Origin: the human T2T-CHM13v2.0 reference genome, Homo sapiens
Strand: one strand, 5' to 3'
Assembly (NCBI RefSeq): GCF_009914755.1
Contig: NC_060934.1
DNA length: 64,000 nt
Below the pieces are notes generated by a model that was not told the DNA's origin, made no database searches, and was given only the letters and a program-made list of their open reading frames with translations. Numbering within the stretch: the stretch's first letter is position 1; every line of letters begins with the position of its first letter. This document shows, piece by piece, positions 26,401 through 41,260 of this stretch. The position numbers and the translations under genes were made by a program.

Positions 26401-27754
26401 GCATTCTCATCTCTGTTCACTTCTGTCCTTTCTGAGACTTACACAGGTATGAGAGCTAGAAAAAATATTAATGTGTAGTAATTCAAAATTTCTCATTCAT
26501 GAATCACTTCAGCAGTGCAAAGAATACTTTGTAATTTTTAAAAGGCATTTTTATTAATATACTTCTACTATTCTACCCCAATCAACAGCAAATTTACCTA
26601 AATCATGAGACTACTGGTACTTCTAATTTTTAGAAAAGAATGACATAAACTGCTAATAAACCCAATGAATCCTTTACCCGCAATGAGAATGTCCACGAGT
26701 CAGCTCTTCTGACCCTCTGGCCAGTGTTCTGGAGTTACTGATCTCCAACTTTCTAATTGAACTCTAGCTTGGTATGTGAGAGCAGCCATGGGTGAACCAG
26801 TGGAGCAAGATTTAAGCCTTGACATTGCCATTAATGATTCACCACCTGTTGCAAGTTCAATAAGTTATTCACACACCAAATTGTGGCCGCAGAATTCTGG
26901 GAGATAAACTAAGTTAGAAAGATTGGGGGTGAATAAATGTTTGCTAAATCAGAATTGTTAATGATAGAAATCTGTATCTTAACAAAGTTGAGAAATCTTG
27001 TCTTCTTAACGTGTATTTATTGACTTCCCAGGATATGTCTTAGTGAGGAAACATAGCTTCTGGCATTTATTATTAGAGTGATAAGGAATAATAAACCACA
27101 GTGCTTGAGAGACAGGGAAAGGCAGGGGGAGCCAGAGACACAGTAACAGAAGCAGATTAATTGACTGATGAAATAAACTTGAGATAAGAGAGCACAGAGG
27201 AGGTTCAAGAGATGGAACCATATATTCCTCTCTATCTGCTCCCAACATCAAGGAAATTCATAGCATATTTTATAATGAATCCCTGATAAATATTAGTCTA
27301 TAATTGAAAATCTATTAAAATGACTATTTCTTAGGGTACACAAAAATATTACAACAAAACAAGTAAAGAAAAGTTGCCATGGGATGGAATATTATATTTT
27401 CCTGCATGTCTGCTTCAAGGCAGAATCCTAATGGTCATGTATGTAGGTAAATTATTCTTTTTACAGCAACTTCTGGGAGGTGGTATTTGGTGCAGTATAA
27501 AAGGCAAGGGGTGTAGTGAGGGTAAAGCGTAAGTACTTTGATCTTGAGCCTTGACTATATTGGACTTGGGATCTCGGAAATCTTGGGGATAAGCAGTGGA
27601 TTAAATCCATAAATTAGTAAAGTGTTGATTATACAACAGGTAGAACTACGTGCCACTTTTGGAGGGACAGTCTTCTTTTTTAAAAAAAACAAAAGGCCTT
27701 AAAGGCTTTATGTATATATAAAGCCTTTTTTAATTATAATAAATACATTTTTTT

Positions 27755-27890
27755 AATGAAACAATCTGCACATATACAATTCCACTCTCAAGAAAGGCAG
27801 TTATTTACATAATTATGCAGAAATTCCTATAATTATGAAAATAATTGCCTTTCTTCAGAGTGGAGTTGTATATGTGCAGATTGTTTCATT
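27755..27890. repeat. Near-perfect inverted repeat: 62-bp arms, 12-nt spacer
   Basis: Arm 27755-27816 versus the reverse complement of 27829-27890: 58/62 identical. Confidence 0.97.
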
Positions 27891-28614
27891 TTAAGAAAAG
27901 AAATATTTACTGATTTGATTAACTGAAGTTCTGGATGCTTAAAAAATGATTAAAATACACAGATCTACTATCTGTCTTCATGAACTTTAAATGTCTTGTA
28001 AGAAATTCAAGTAATAAAGACTACAACATTTATTATTTAACTGGAACATGTATTATTTATTATCCTAACTGTGGTTAGGAAGCACCATTATTTATTATAT
28101 CTATATTAATCAAGTTGTATCCTGTAACAGGTTTCCTGTTATCCACTCATGTCTTCTAACTTCTGAAGTATTGTTTAAATTACAAGGGAGAAACCTAGAC
28201 ACTACATTTTCTAGGATCTCAGGACAATAGAGCTCCAGGTGAAATTATGCTAAATAAGGGCATGAGTGTAAGATGTGGATGTCACAGTGAAGAGATTTAG
28301 AGCATTTTTCTGGTGACCTCCTGTTTAGGTTTGACAAGCATCTAAAATCATTGTTAGCAACTTTCCCATAATTATTGCATTTTCAGCCTTTATGAAAATA
28401 GCAGCATTTTTTTTCCTTTCTTTGCCCATGCACACCATCTAATCATGAGATAAGTCTCCTTCTGAGTCCCTAAATACATGACATACATAGATTGGGATCT
28501 TTTTCTGACCTGTTCCTGTCTGATACATTCTTCAACTCTAAGATGAGTTCATACTCATCTTCTGAAGCCCCTGGGAAATGGAAATATTTTTTCATATTGG
28601 ATGTTGGTAGAGAC

Positions 28615-28830
28615 CCATCATTTAATGAACATTTATGTGCCAGGATTTGTACAAGACACTTAGATACATTATTCATGTACCTCACACAAATGTATCAACA
28701 ACACAACAAAATGTCTGTATGAAATAATAATTATTATATCCCTTATATGGAAACAGATCCAGAGAGGAAGATACACTAGCATGTGTAAATAGAGGATTCA
28801 AGTATTAAACATCCATCTGTCCAACTGACT
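28615..28830 (-). mobile_element. MIR
   Basis: catttaatgaacatttatgtgccagg ... ggaaacagatccagagagg. Confidence 0.65.
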
Positions 28831-31156
28831 ACAACCTCTTTCATAAAATGCTAATTTCTCTCCTGCTTCTAATTTTCTTATCAAAAATTGTCATCTATTG
28901 TTATTGGGTCTATGGGTGGGTAGTGACTCCTTGGTTTCCATTTTGTTCTAGCGGATTACTGTCTTCTTTATTTTTGTTCTAGTGTTTATTGAGAGTCCTA
29001 ATTAATTAACCTGGCTGCTCTGACTTCCATCAGCTCACCATTGTCTCTTCTCCCAGCTCATAATTTCTGTAACAGAGCTCTAGGCTATGCTGAAGTTCTG
29101 CTATATGTTGCCAGTCTCTCTAGATCCAAGTGCCTCTTGTCGGCCAAGTTTACATGCACGTGTTTAAAATCTTCTTATTGACTCTATATACAAAGTCTTC
29201 ACATGCCTTCCTCCTTAAAATAATAGCATTGTGAGAAGAAAAAAAAAATCATCATTCTTTTTAAAACTAATTCAGGATGTCTATGTTATACAACAACAAG
29301 ACGTGGGGGAATATTTACCTGGTAGTTCTGTCCCTCGTTATCATTCTCACTCATTATAAAATTGGTATCTGAAAAAAATCTTGCTGCAAAAACAAAAAAA
29401 AAAATGTATAGGGTATAAAGAAAAAGTTTGCTTCACATCATAACCATTACCCATCCCATTGCCAAAGGGAAGATTGTACACTACATGATTCCGGGGAGCA
29501 GCATTCACATAGACTATAGTGTGCATGGTACATGCAAGAGACCCCATAGTACTACCCGCTTTGTCCTCCTTGTAGACATGCTCACAGATGATCCATGCTC
29601 CCTGACCTGGAGTAGTCAAATAAAAGAGTAGCATCAATTTATTAAGATTCTTTCCAGACCATTTTCTAGGTATTCCCATTATATATTCCTTCAAATGGAA
29701 GGATTTTATTCTGTACATCACATCTCACTGTACACATTTTTTTCTGAAATCTGAAATCTGAGTATTTTAATTTTATACAGTTTCAATTGTGAGAAGTACC
29801 TGACAGACTGACCTGACCTAACACTCTCTAAGCTAAAACACTCATAAACTAGCATAGAAGCTTTACACATTTATCCATTTCTCTAATTTACTTATCTATT
29901 GTTTCCTGAAACATCTATTAATCTTGCAGTTATTTGAGATGACTGTGAGCTTACTATTTGCCAGGGATGGCATGAGCACCTTGGTTTAGTCTAGTGCCTG
30001 GCATTTATTTTCCTAAACTGTGGCAGCAAGTTTAGCTGTAAGCATATTTTTTATCAGAACAATCATCCATCTTTAACTACATGTGAGGAAAGTACTTTCT
30101 TATATTGCATTACACATTTTTATATGGCCACAGAAATCCTTACTTAGTCTGACAAAATTATGGTAGATTTCTTTCTCCTAAGGTCAAGGAAAGAATCATT
30201 CTGTACTGTTTCCATGGAGATGTTTCTCCTTTTCTCAATTGCCAATTGTCTACTGTGTGTCCTGGGTTCCTTCTTTTCATATGTCATGAGGATTCTCACC
30301 CCAGCATTCTGCTCCTCTGAGTCAAAGCCCTTGACTTTCACTTCTCAATTGTTTTGTTTGCAGTTTTTTTGCTTTCCTTTATTTTTCTTACTCTATAAAT
30401 GCTATGAAAGTGTATGTAAAAATTTACCCATCTTTTAGTTTATATTTGTTATCACCCTTTATTCATATACCAAACCATATAGGAAATGAATATAAGGAGA
30501 TCTTTCTTAGTAGGAGGTAGAAGTAAAATTTTGTTTAGAATAAAAACAGAAAAAAAGAGAATAAAATTCCATATCACCAGTTTGCTTCTAAATGCCCAAT
30601 GTTTCCACTTATGAGCTTGCTACTGTACACAACGCAAGGGCTTGTAAAAAATTGTCTAAATGATAGTGGTTAAGGACGTATTTTAGGCTAGGTTACTTTA
30701 AAAAAATATATCATCACTTCTGCCGTCAAAAGTGAATTTGATGTATCATAATTGTTAAAGTTGAGGAGGGTCAAGGATTCTTCTCATTCTATGGTTTCCT
30801 TATAAATACACTTTCTAATAAATGCCTAATTTTTTTCTGTGAAATTAAACCATTAGATATTGCTGAATGTCTGTATGTTTCTTACTTTTCTAGAATCTCA
30901 TTCTTAATTATAGTTTTATATTTTTCCTTCAACAAAGTCTTAAAACCCATGCAGCTGGTGTCTATTATTTACATTCTGTGATGTATTTTATTTGACTTTG
31001 TGTTTTTAGTCTTTTCACAGAAATCCTTTTATTGTGATCTTCTTGTCCAAAAGCACTTATTTCATATCTCTTTTCCATACCTATCTTCATTAGCAGGTTG
31101 CATTTCAGTTTCTTCAGTCCTTTTTTAGATAATATATTTTACTACATCTGCCTTCA

Positions 31157-31695
<539 letters not shown>

Positions 31696-32201
31696 TCAAA
31701 AGGTTCAAATACTAGTTTTTGGCTGCTTTCTGTCTATATTTTTCTTCTAAAGAAATTTTGTTATGAAGTATTGAACTATTCAGTATACTTTAATATTTTC
31801 CAAATAAAGTTTCCAAACTGATATTTAACAATATTCTCTTATATTCAAACATATTCTGAACTATTTTCTGCTGTGTCTCTAGATCAATATTTATAAATCT
31901 AGATTGTTCATGTATTTTTTTTCCTTTGCTAACTTTCAAGATCATATCAAAAAGCACCACTGTTGATTCCATTTTTTATGTTTCATTATTTGAAACTATA
32001 TTGACATTTTTCCTCTTCTTTATCATTCCCTGTTATCTCATCTTTGTGAGTCTTCCAATTAATGTTTTTTCCTTTGAATTATTTATTTTTTAATTGAAAA
32101 TAAATTGTATATATTTAAGGTGTACCACATGATGTCTTAAAGTATACATACATTGTGGAATGGCTAAATCAAGCTAAACATACGCATTATATGCATTACC
32201 T

Positions 32202-33026
<825 letters not shown>

Positions 33027-36000
33027 TCTTCACCTACTTACTATATTTTGTGTGTGTGGTGAGAATACTTAAAATCTACTCTATTGGCAATTTTCAAATA
33101 TAAATGTATTGTTATTCGCCGTAGCCACCATGATGTGCAATCAATTTTTTGAACTTACTCCTCCTGGCTAACTGGAATTGTGTGTCTTTTGACCGACATC
33201 TCTGCAATTTCCCCATGCCCTAGCTTCTGATGACTACCAATTAACTGTCTGTTTCTATGAGTTTTACTTATCTAAACTCTCTATATAAGTGAGATTATGT
33301 CATAGTTGTTTTTAAGTGCCTGGCTTATTTCACTTGACGTAAAGTCTCCCAGGTTCATCCGTGTTGTTGCAGAAGATTTCTTCCCTTTTTAAAGCCCATT
33401 AACCTTTTATAGATCTGGTACTGAGGCAATGCAAACTTATTGGACAATTATATGTTATTTGAATAAATTGAAACATAACAGCTTATAAAGGGTCAAATGG
33501 CAGTTAATAGCCTAAGAAATAGGTTTGGAATATTATTTCTTAGCATAAAGGATAATACTGGTCAGAGTCTTCTAGGCTTGAATTCTTGGCTACTTAGATT
33601 TTATCAAGTAAATTGTAAAAGGATAGTCAATCACTTTTTTCACATGAATTGCTGTATGAATTTTGATTTGACAAGAAAGACTGTGAAAACAAAACCACTA
33701 TTATCTGTGAACTACCTAATGTGGAAAGAAATATCCTTAAATAAAACTTTGAGAAAGTAGATTACTCAATTTTTTCCGACAGATATCCCATATATTGTAA
33801 CTAATTATAATATTTAATTGAATACAAAATCTTTCTTCTTAAGGAAAGATTTTATTCAGTTTTAGAACGTTAAAGTTTCTCCACTCTAATATATACAGAA
33901 CTTCTTTAACCTTTAAAAATATTGCTTCACTTATTACTCATGATAATTGGGCCACATACATAATTAAAACACACCATTTATTATTTACCCTTGTAAAAGT
34001 GGCATCTGGTTCCCCAACTTAGCTTCAAACTGTAATTTTAAACAAATAATAAAGTGTTTTGAAACATTAATGTGGTTAATTGTCTTATCTATTGTCTATG
34101 TTCATCAGGAGCTGTGACATGCGCAAAGGAAGGTAATCAGAGGAAGGAAGAGAAGAAGCTAAGTTCTAGAGAATCCATTAATCATGGTTTAGATGACTGA
34201 CCATTTTATTATTTTCCATTTTCCATTTAAAAACGTTCCATTTTTAAATTGGAAGGGGGTATGTTTTAGAATAGAATAACGAAATTCCCTCCATCTCCTC
34301 GTAGTGTACGTGATTAAGAAGAACCTAACAGAAACATAAGGTTCTAAGGTTCTTGCTGGAAATAATAATCAGAACTGTAAGAATTCTCTTATAGAAAACA
34401 TTTAAAAAAGGAAATTCTAGCAATAGAATTCATTGTTAAAACTGTAAGTCACAACAATATTGTCTCTGCATGCTGACTGTACTCCTCTGTAATCTTCAAA
34501 GGCAAACAGGAACAGTAATAATCTTTTCATGTACTCTTAACTTCCTTCTCTGAAAGGCTAGAAAATGTCTTATATGTAGCACTCATACTGTCATTTAATC
34601 AAACCCAGTTTCTGTTTTTCTTCAATTTCTAGGGGAATGGCTACTTAGTCTTTCTGGCATAATGTGAATTTCTTAAGTGTCTGTAGACTACATCTCCTAT
34701 TTTTACTTCTTGAAGTTTCTCTCAAACTGTGATAAAGAGTGTCACTCTATCGGTACTGTTAACAATGTAAATTTTGTTTCTCTTTTTGTTACTGCCAAGA
34801 TTCCACTGACTGTTGAAATATAAAAGAAAAACAGCATTAAATCAGGTGTGATAAAATCACCTTTTTCTGTTTATCTCCACCACTGGCATTTATTGGCACT
34901 TGGAAACTATTTATAAACTCATACTCTTGTAACAGTCTTGTAACTGAAACCCACTGGATTCAAAATCTATTCCTAGTACTTAACTTTCTTCTGAAAATTC
35001 CCTCATCTATAAATTTGAGGATGATGATAATTGCAAAGATGCCAGGGAAATTTATAATCATTATTGAACTAATCCTTTTGAAAATATAAAGCAGCATTAA
35101 ATGTTACGATTACTAATCTTTTTAATTAAAGTGGCAAATGTGTCCAAAAATCTGTAACTAAGTTCATTACTCTCATTTATGCAGCTAAACTTAAGTTCTA
35201 CCAAATGTATTTTTAAGTTGATTAAAAATATGGTTGGCAGCATTTATAAATACCCATTATTAACATGCTATACTGGTAAATATATTTCTGCTCTTATGAC
35301 TAGAGAGTGTTGTACTTTAGTAAAAAACTTATACCTCAATAATTATCTGCTCTCCTATTTTTATTTTATTTGCAATAGATATGTATTTATTCATGCATTT
35401 GTATTCTTATTGAATGAAGGATGTTATGTCACTTGCATTGAGTACATAGGCATCCCTTTCGACAAATAAAATCAGAATCTAAACTACAGAACCAGGTTCA
35501 AGTGGGGACAGAAGTACAATTTTAATAAAGGTCAAAGTTTTGCTAGTGTTTCACTTAAAATTTATTTTTAGGCTTTCTGAATGTTCTCTTAAAGAAAAAG
35601 ACTTAATCATATACGTACCTTTTTTGTATTGTTAACAAGGAAGAAACATACTAATATGAATGGTACTACATACATTATACATGTTATACAAGAGAAGAAA
35701 ATTATATATTCAAGATAAACATTTTTATAATCACAATACTTCAACATAAATGTGTTCAATATAGTAAAGATGCAGGTTGTATAATTTGTCAAGCAAATTC
35801 TCAATTATGTTTGAATTCTATTTAAAATCAACATTAGTATTGACAATATTCATATTTAAGGCTTTTTAATTATTTAAATAGGTTCAAGTTTGCTGTGTTC
35901 AGCATTATTAGTTGTAAAAGTAGGCTCTGGTACCGAAAATATATATTTTTAGCTCCCTTCTGTCAGTCTTTCCATTAAATGCTATAGGCTCACAGTTTTA

Positions 36001-36079
36001 CATGCCTCTCAGCACCTCACTGCTCTTGTTGCCTATAATATTTTATTAGTTTAATCCTTCTGAAATAATCCTGGTCATT

Positions 36080-36840
36080 CAAAACCAATACATCAAAATC
36101 TTCTAGAGTGAACAAAAGAAAAAACATTTGTGAAGATTAAAAGAAAAAGGAGACTTCTCAGATATATTAACTTTAAAGACTATATCTCACAATTATGTAA
36201 TATATTTGTTGCTTTATCTAATTAGATTTGCATTTCTTATATATACCATGCATATAAAAATATATTTGATACAAATTATAATACAAGGCATTCAAAAATA
36301 GACCATTATAATAACAGAACATTTTCTAAAGGGATTTTAAAACTGTAAGCCAAATGCCTTAATCTAATACTACTTCTAAAATGTATTCTAAAGAAATAAT
36401 CTTGCATGTGTGGTTAGACTTAATTACAGAAATATTCATTGTAACCTTTCTTTAGAAGTGAATATTGAAAACTGAAATAAATCTAAATGTCCAACTTTAT
36501 AATTGCTAGTTATGGAATACTAACAAATGAAATCCATGCTTTTAAAATAGCATTTAGTGAAGCAAATATATGTTCAAAATACATATAAAGGAAAAACTGG
36601 TATGTTATTAAAGAAGATAGAATAAAATTTATTTTGAGAGTGTATGCTAATAAGACAGTTTTGATATTTAGGAAAATTAAAATGTTAGGTAATATTTTAA
36701 ATAAAAAAATAAATTTTCTGTTTGCTGAGATTATACGTATTTTAAACAATTTTTAATGTACGCTATAGACACTGAACATGTATAATTTATGTATCAAGAA
36801 AAAAATCAATAAGTTCAATTTTTAAAATCAAAATTAAAAG
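36080..36840 (+). mobile_element. Ancient L1ME-like fragments
   Basis: ggagacttctcagatatattaactttaaagactatat and aaataaatctaaatgtccaac. Confidence 0.5.
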
Positions 36841-38511
36841 TCACATAATAGATCAGAGAAGATAAAGATGAATTACACTTTTTTCTTTATCTAACAAAAG
36901 AGAGTGCATGGTTTATGGAGACAGACAATTTTTTTCTCTGGTTTTAACTCTAAGATATAAAAGGAATCTATTGTATACATCTGGAAATAAGAGGTATTTA
37001 ATACCTAATGTATATTAAGATTACTGTTTTAGCTTTTTTTTTACAATATAGAAGTACTGTGTGATGACTTACCTTATCAACCATTGAAAGAGCCATTTTC
37101 AAAGATTGATTAAAATCGAAGAGTTCCATAAGCAATTTTCACTAAAGCATTGAAAACTATTATCCAAGATTAAGAAAATACTTTTCTAGGGATCCCTCAT
37201 ATCTAGGGATCTAATGACCATTAGATCCACCTTGTATAATGGAATTAGGACAACCCAAAGATCTGGATGATTGAATTGTCATTTGGGGATTATTACCATC
37301 ATACAGCTCAGTTTATGGCAATTTCTATACATGTGTTTAGTATTAATTGAAGGAAACTCATAGGAATTAGATGCCAGACATGAAGACTATATACATATCT
37401 TCAGAGCGCTTGTGTCCTAAACTGAAAAGTGTGTTTTAAGAGTCTGGGATATGAAACCACCTTTTCTCTATTCTTGTCAAATCCATGTCATTCTAGCTAC
37501 TGACATAATTTATGCAATATAAATACAAATAATGATAAGCAAAGTTATATGAAAATATGTTTCCAGTATATAGGTAGTTTTAACCATTCTTTTTAGAAGA
37601 AATGTGTGTGTGTGTAAATGTCTTAATTGTTAAAATGATTAAGTCATTCACAGGTTTGTTAAAGTTTTTCCATGTAGCTGGAGTGATAATAATTTGTATT
37701 ACATTTTAGAGTGGTTTGATGCAAATAAATAAGAACCAACTCAAAATGTTATTGAGGTTAAACTCCAAGAAGACAAAAGGAAAACTAAAATAACAAATTA
37801 AACTATAATTAAAACATTTCAACTAAGAAAAAAGTAAAAAGTTAAGCTATCTCAGACAATGTTCGAGATTGAAGCTTGTTAATTGCAATGGAAAAACTGC
37901 TAATTACCACAAATAGTAATTTAGAGGCATAAATATTACACAGGTGTGGCTGCAGGAAGTTGATATTAATCAAACACATTTGGCATTTTCAATGTTGCAA
38001 AAATTACAATTGTAAACACCTTCCATACAATCAAATGTTATGTGAATTTTAAATGAGTCTCAATAAATTATACTGCATAAAAACAGGATTTTTACTATGG
38101 ATCATAATTGTTAATGTCTTCCGTACTCAAGGTTGAAATATAAATCAATTCACTCTATTATTTGGTTTGGAAGTTTAAGAGGACAATTCACATTTCCTTT
38201 GATACACTCTACCAGTGTCACTGGACTGGTGATGTGACAAGAAAGGTCTTCTGTAGAATTGAATTGCAATAATATGGAGATTATAACAAAATTATATATG
38301 TACCTAAGAATATTGACTTTAAAAGCCTTCTTCAGATTGCAACATTGATTTCCAGATCTGTTGGGAACTAGCTGCCTTACTTAATGTAACAGTCTTGGCA
38401 ATGGAATAATCATATATATCACCTATGGATAATTAATTTTTAATCATTGAAATTCACTGAAATATGTTGAACATGAAAATCATACAAATATAATTTTGTA
38501 TGCTGTTTCAG

Positions 38512-38667
38512 ATTCTTTGGAATTTTATTCTAAGCATCAATCAAGATGGTATAGTACGAGAAAGGTAGAACATGTAATTATAAATTCAGGATTCAGGAAG
38601 TTTATTTTTCTCTTCTTTTTAATTCTCTCAAAATGATCTTGATTCCTGCAAAGTGTTAGTATATCTG
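38512..38667 (+). other. Candidate non-coding exon (156 nt)
   Basis: Acceptor ttttgtatgctgtttcag| and donor CTG|gtaagt. Confidence 0.3.
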
Positions 38668-38800
38668 GTAAGTAAGAGTCTATTTCTTTTAAACTTCATC
38701 TGTATTAACCAGCTTTATATGACCAAAATGTCCCCCAAATTTAAATCTTTGCACAGTAAGGCCTTATATGTACACCTGGCCTCATTTCAAAAGACTAAAG

Positions 38801-38967
38801 CAGTTGTTCTCAAATTCAGCTGCACATTAATATAAACTGGAAAACTGTTTAAGCTCCTGATGACAAAGCCACATGTGAGACTAATTTATGCTGAATCACT
38901 GGGCCAAGGACCCAGGTATCAGCATTTTTTAAAACTATAGAGGAATAACCAGGGTTGAGAACCACTG
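38801..38967. mobile_element. MER5-type DNA transposon
   Basis: TIRs cagttgttctcaa / ttgagaaccactg. Confidence 0.85.
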
Positions 38968-40224
38968 CACAAAATGGTAAATGCAACTTTTATTTAAGTT
39001 ATTTTTTTTAAATAAATAATGGTTGAATTGATACTGATCTTAGTACCAAGTCATGGCAATTTTTTCAGACTTAGAGAATTCATCCTGGCATTGAGATTAT
39101 TAAAGAACCTAGAAATCCAAGTGTTTTTGTTTATATTTTTCCTGTAAATATTAGAGTATGCTAGTGCTCATCCTTATTTGATAATTTTGGAAAATATATT
39201 AAACATTTGAGATTGAATATCAAAAATCTCTAAAAGAATTTTAGAAATACCATTCTTCTATGAAATAAGTAAGCTCAATCAAGATACATATTATAGTGCC
39301 CATTTAAGAAAGTCTAATAATAATGCTTGCACTGCTTAAAGATTAGGTTGATAAATTAATTATTGTTAATCCTACTTGCATAATCAACGGACACCTAGGG
39401 ATGGAGTCTTAAGTATAGACACAGAAGTTGAATACTTTTAAGAACTTTTAAATTTACATCCGGGTTAAATTTTACTTTAAAATTATGTTGAGTGGTTGTG
39501 ATTAGTACATGTGTGATTAGAACCGTCTTTCTCAGGTTATTATATCACCATATAGACACAGGAAAAATAATAGAATTAAAAATAAAGCAAGAAAAATAAT
39601 GTGACACTTTATTGGCTTCAGATAATTATTTTGAGATCCTAATCCTACCAAAACATTCTGCTTTTCTTAACTTGATCCTACTTTTGTTTGTTTGTTTTAA
39701 TAAAGGATGAACCAATATCCTGAGAAATTTTCAAATAGGGCTGGTTATAACACTAAGAACCTAGATCTCACTATGTTTTAGAAAAATTGTAAAGTATTTC
39801 AAATAATCAGTAAAGTTTCAGCTCTGCACCATTGTGTCTTTGCAATATGGGGAAAGTCACTTCACTTCTCTCCCTCTCTCGTTTTTGGCACATGTAAGGC
39901 AGAGAAAATAATATCTACTCCAGCTATCCCACATGTTATTATAAAATATAATAAGAGATAGAAAATCACTTTATAATGTTCAAAGTATTATAAAAGTAAG
40001 CCATGATTATATGTGGGATTAACAGCAGTTTGTTATTTACCATTTAATGTATTTCTAATGTACATTTTTGCCATATTTAAAAATGTTTACATTTCGATTT
40101 TTAAGTGAAAGAGTAACGGTATGACATTATGCCATGTTATATCTGATGCCATTATGTCAAACAAACAAACAAAAGCATTTTAAACTATTTGGAATCTTAC
40201 CAAAATAAATCTTATAACTATGAT

Positions 40225-40400
40225 AATACAGGTTTTTGAGGATTTCGTTTGTACGCAAAAACAGAGGCAATAAAGGCAAAAATAGATAAACAGGATTACT
40301 TAGAATTATAAACCTTGTGCAGAGCAAAGGAAACAGGAGGGTGGAGGGTGGAGAGGCAACCTACAAACTGGGAGAAAATATTTGCAAACCTTATATTTCA
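40225..40400 (+). mobile_element. L1 ORF2 internal fragment abutting the NUMT
   Basis: gaggcaacctacaaactgggagaaaatatttgcaaaccttatattt. Confidence 0.8.
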
Positions 40401-40615
40401 ATGTACTAGTGACTATCACCCTAATAACTAGTCATGGGAGCACTGTCATGCATTTGGTATGTTTTTGTTTTCGGGATGCTGCCACTTACCACGGCGGGAG
40501 CCTGATCCCTGCGGAATCGACTGTAGCTGGACTTATCTTGAATATTCTGAGCCAACATACCAAACCATAAGGTGCTAATTCATTCATGCTTGAAGGCCAT
40601 AATAATCAATACACA

Positions 40616-40693
40616 TTCACGCACACATGTACGTTCACGCACACGTACGTTCTCACACACCCGTACGTTCACACACACACGTACGTTCACGCA
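40616..40693. repeat. RS3-like 16-18-bp tandem repeat (~4.5 units, core CACGTACGTTCAC) within the NUMT control region
   Basis: ttcacgcacacatgtacg / ttcacgcacacgtacg / ttctcacacacccgtacg / ttcacacacacacgtacg / ttcacgca. Confidence 0.9.
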
Positions 40694-41189
40694 GTATTTA
40701 AAGGAGTGCTTCCGATTAAATCCGCAGATCTGCCCTCCCCCCATCTCTGAGTTTATTGTTAAATTAGGTAAGCCAGCCCCCAAAAACAAGATACTTAAAT
40801 TGAACCTAGTCAGAGCCCTAAAAATCATAATTTAACCATGAACACTCCAACCCTAGCCCCTCGATTAACGTAATTTTCTAAAAAATCCTAACATTCTCCA
40901 ACCAAATAAAATCTCCTATTTCGATGCTAACTAAATCTCTGTCCTAATACTTATATAATACTTCAGGTATCCCGCTCTGAAAAGCTTGTATCCCAGATAT
41001 TATAGTCCTAAATCAAATATAACTTCAACTACAAATGGCCCCTCAGCGAAAACCTCTGCTAGTTCAACTTTTTTAAAGGCCCTAAACTTCCAGGACTGTA
41101 AAGGACCACTTTAGATTTATACCTAACAAGATCCTACCCCCTGACATCCCCCTAGTATTTCAAAATACCACTCAAATGTTTTTCACCCA

Positions 41190-41260
41190 GTTAATGTAGC
41201 TTAATTATTTAAAGCAAGGCACTGAAAATGCCTAGATGGGTCCGCACAACCCGGTAAACA
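41190..41260 (+). tRNA. MT-TF: Nuclear pseudogene copy of mitochondrial tRNA-Phe (GAA)
   Basis: gttaatgtagcttaa...aaggcactGAAaatgcctagatggg...taaaca. Anticodon at 41224-41226. Confidence 0.92.

Noticed and set aside
37206-37228. Small hairpin ggatctaatg-ac-cattagatcc
   Set aside because: A 10-bp stem in AT-rich DNA with no supporting context.
40382-40835. ORFs with RTHVRSRTRTF / VNVRVC repeats
   Set aside because: Translations of the NUMT control-region tandem repeat.
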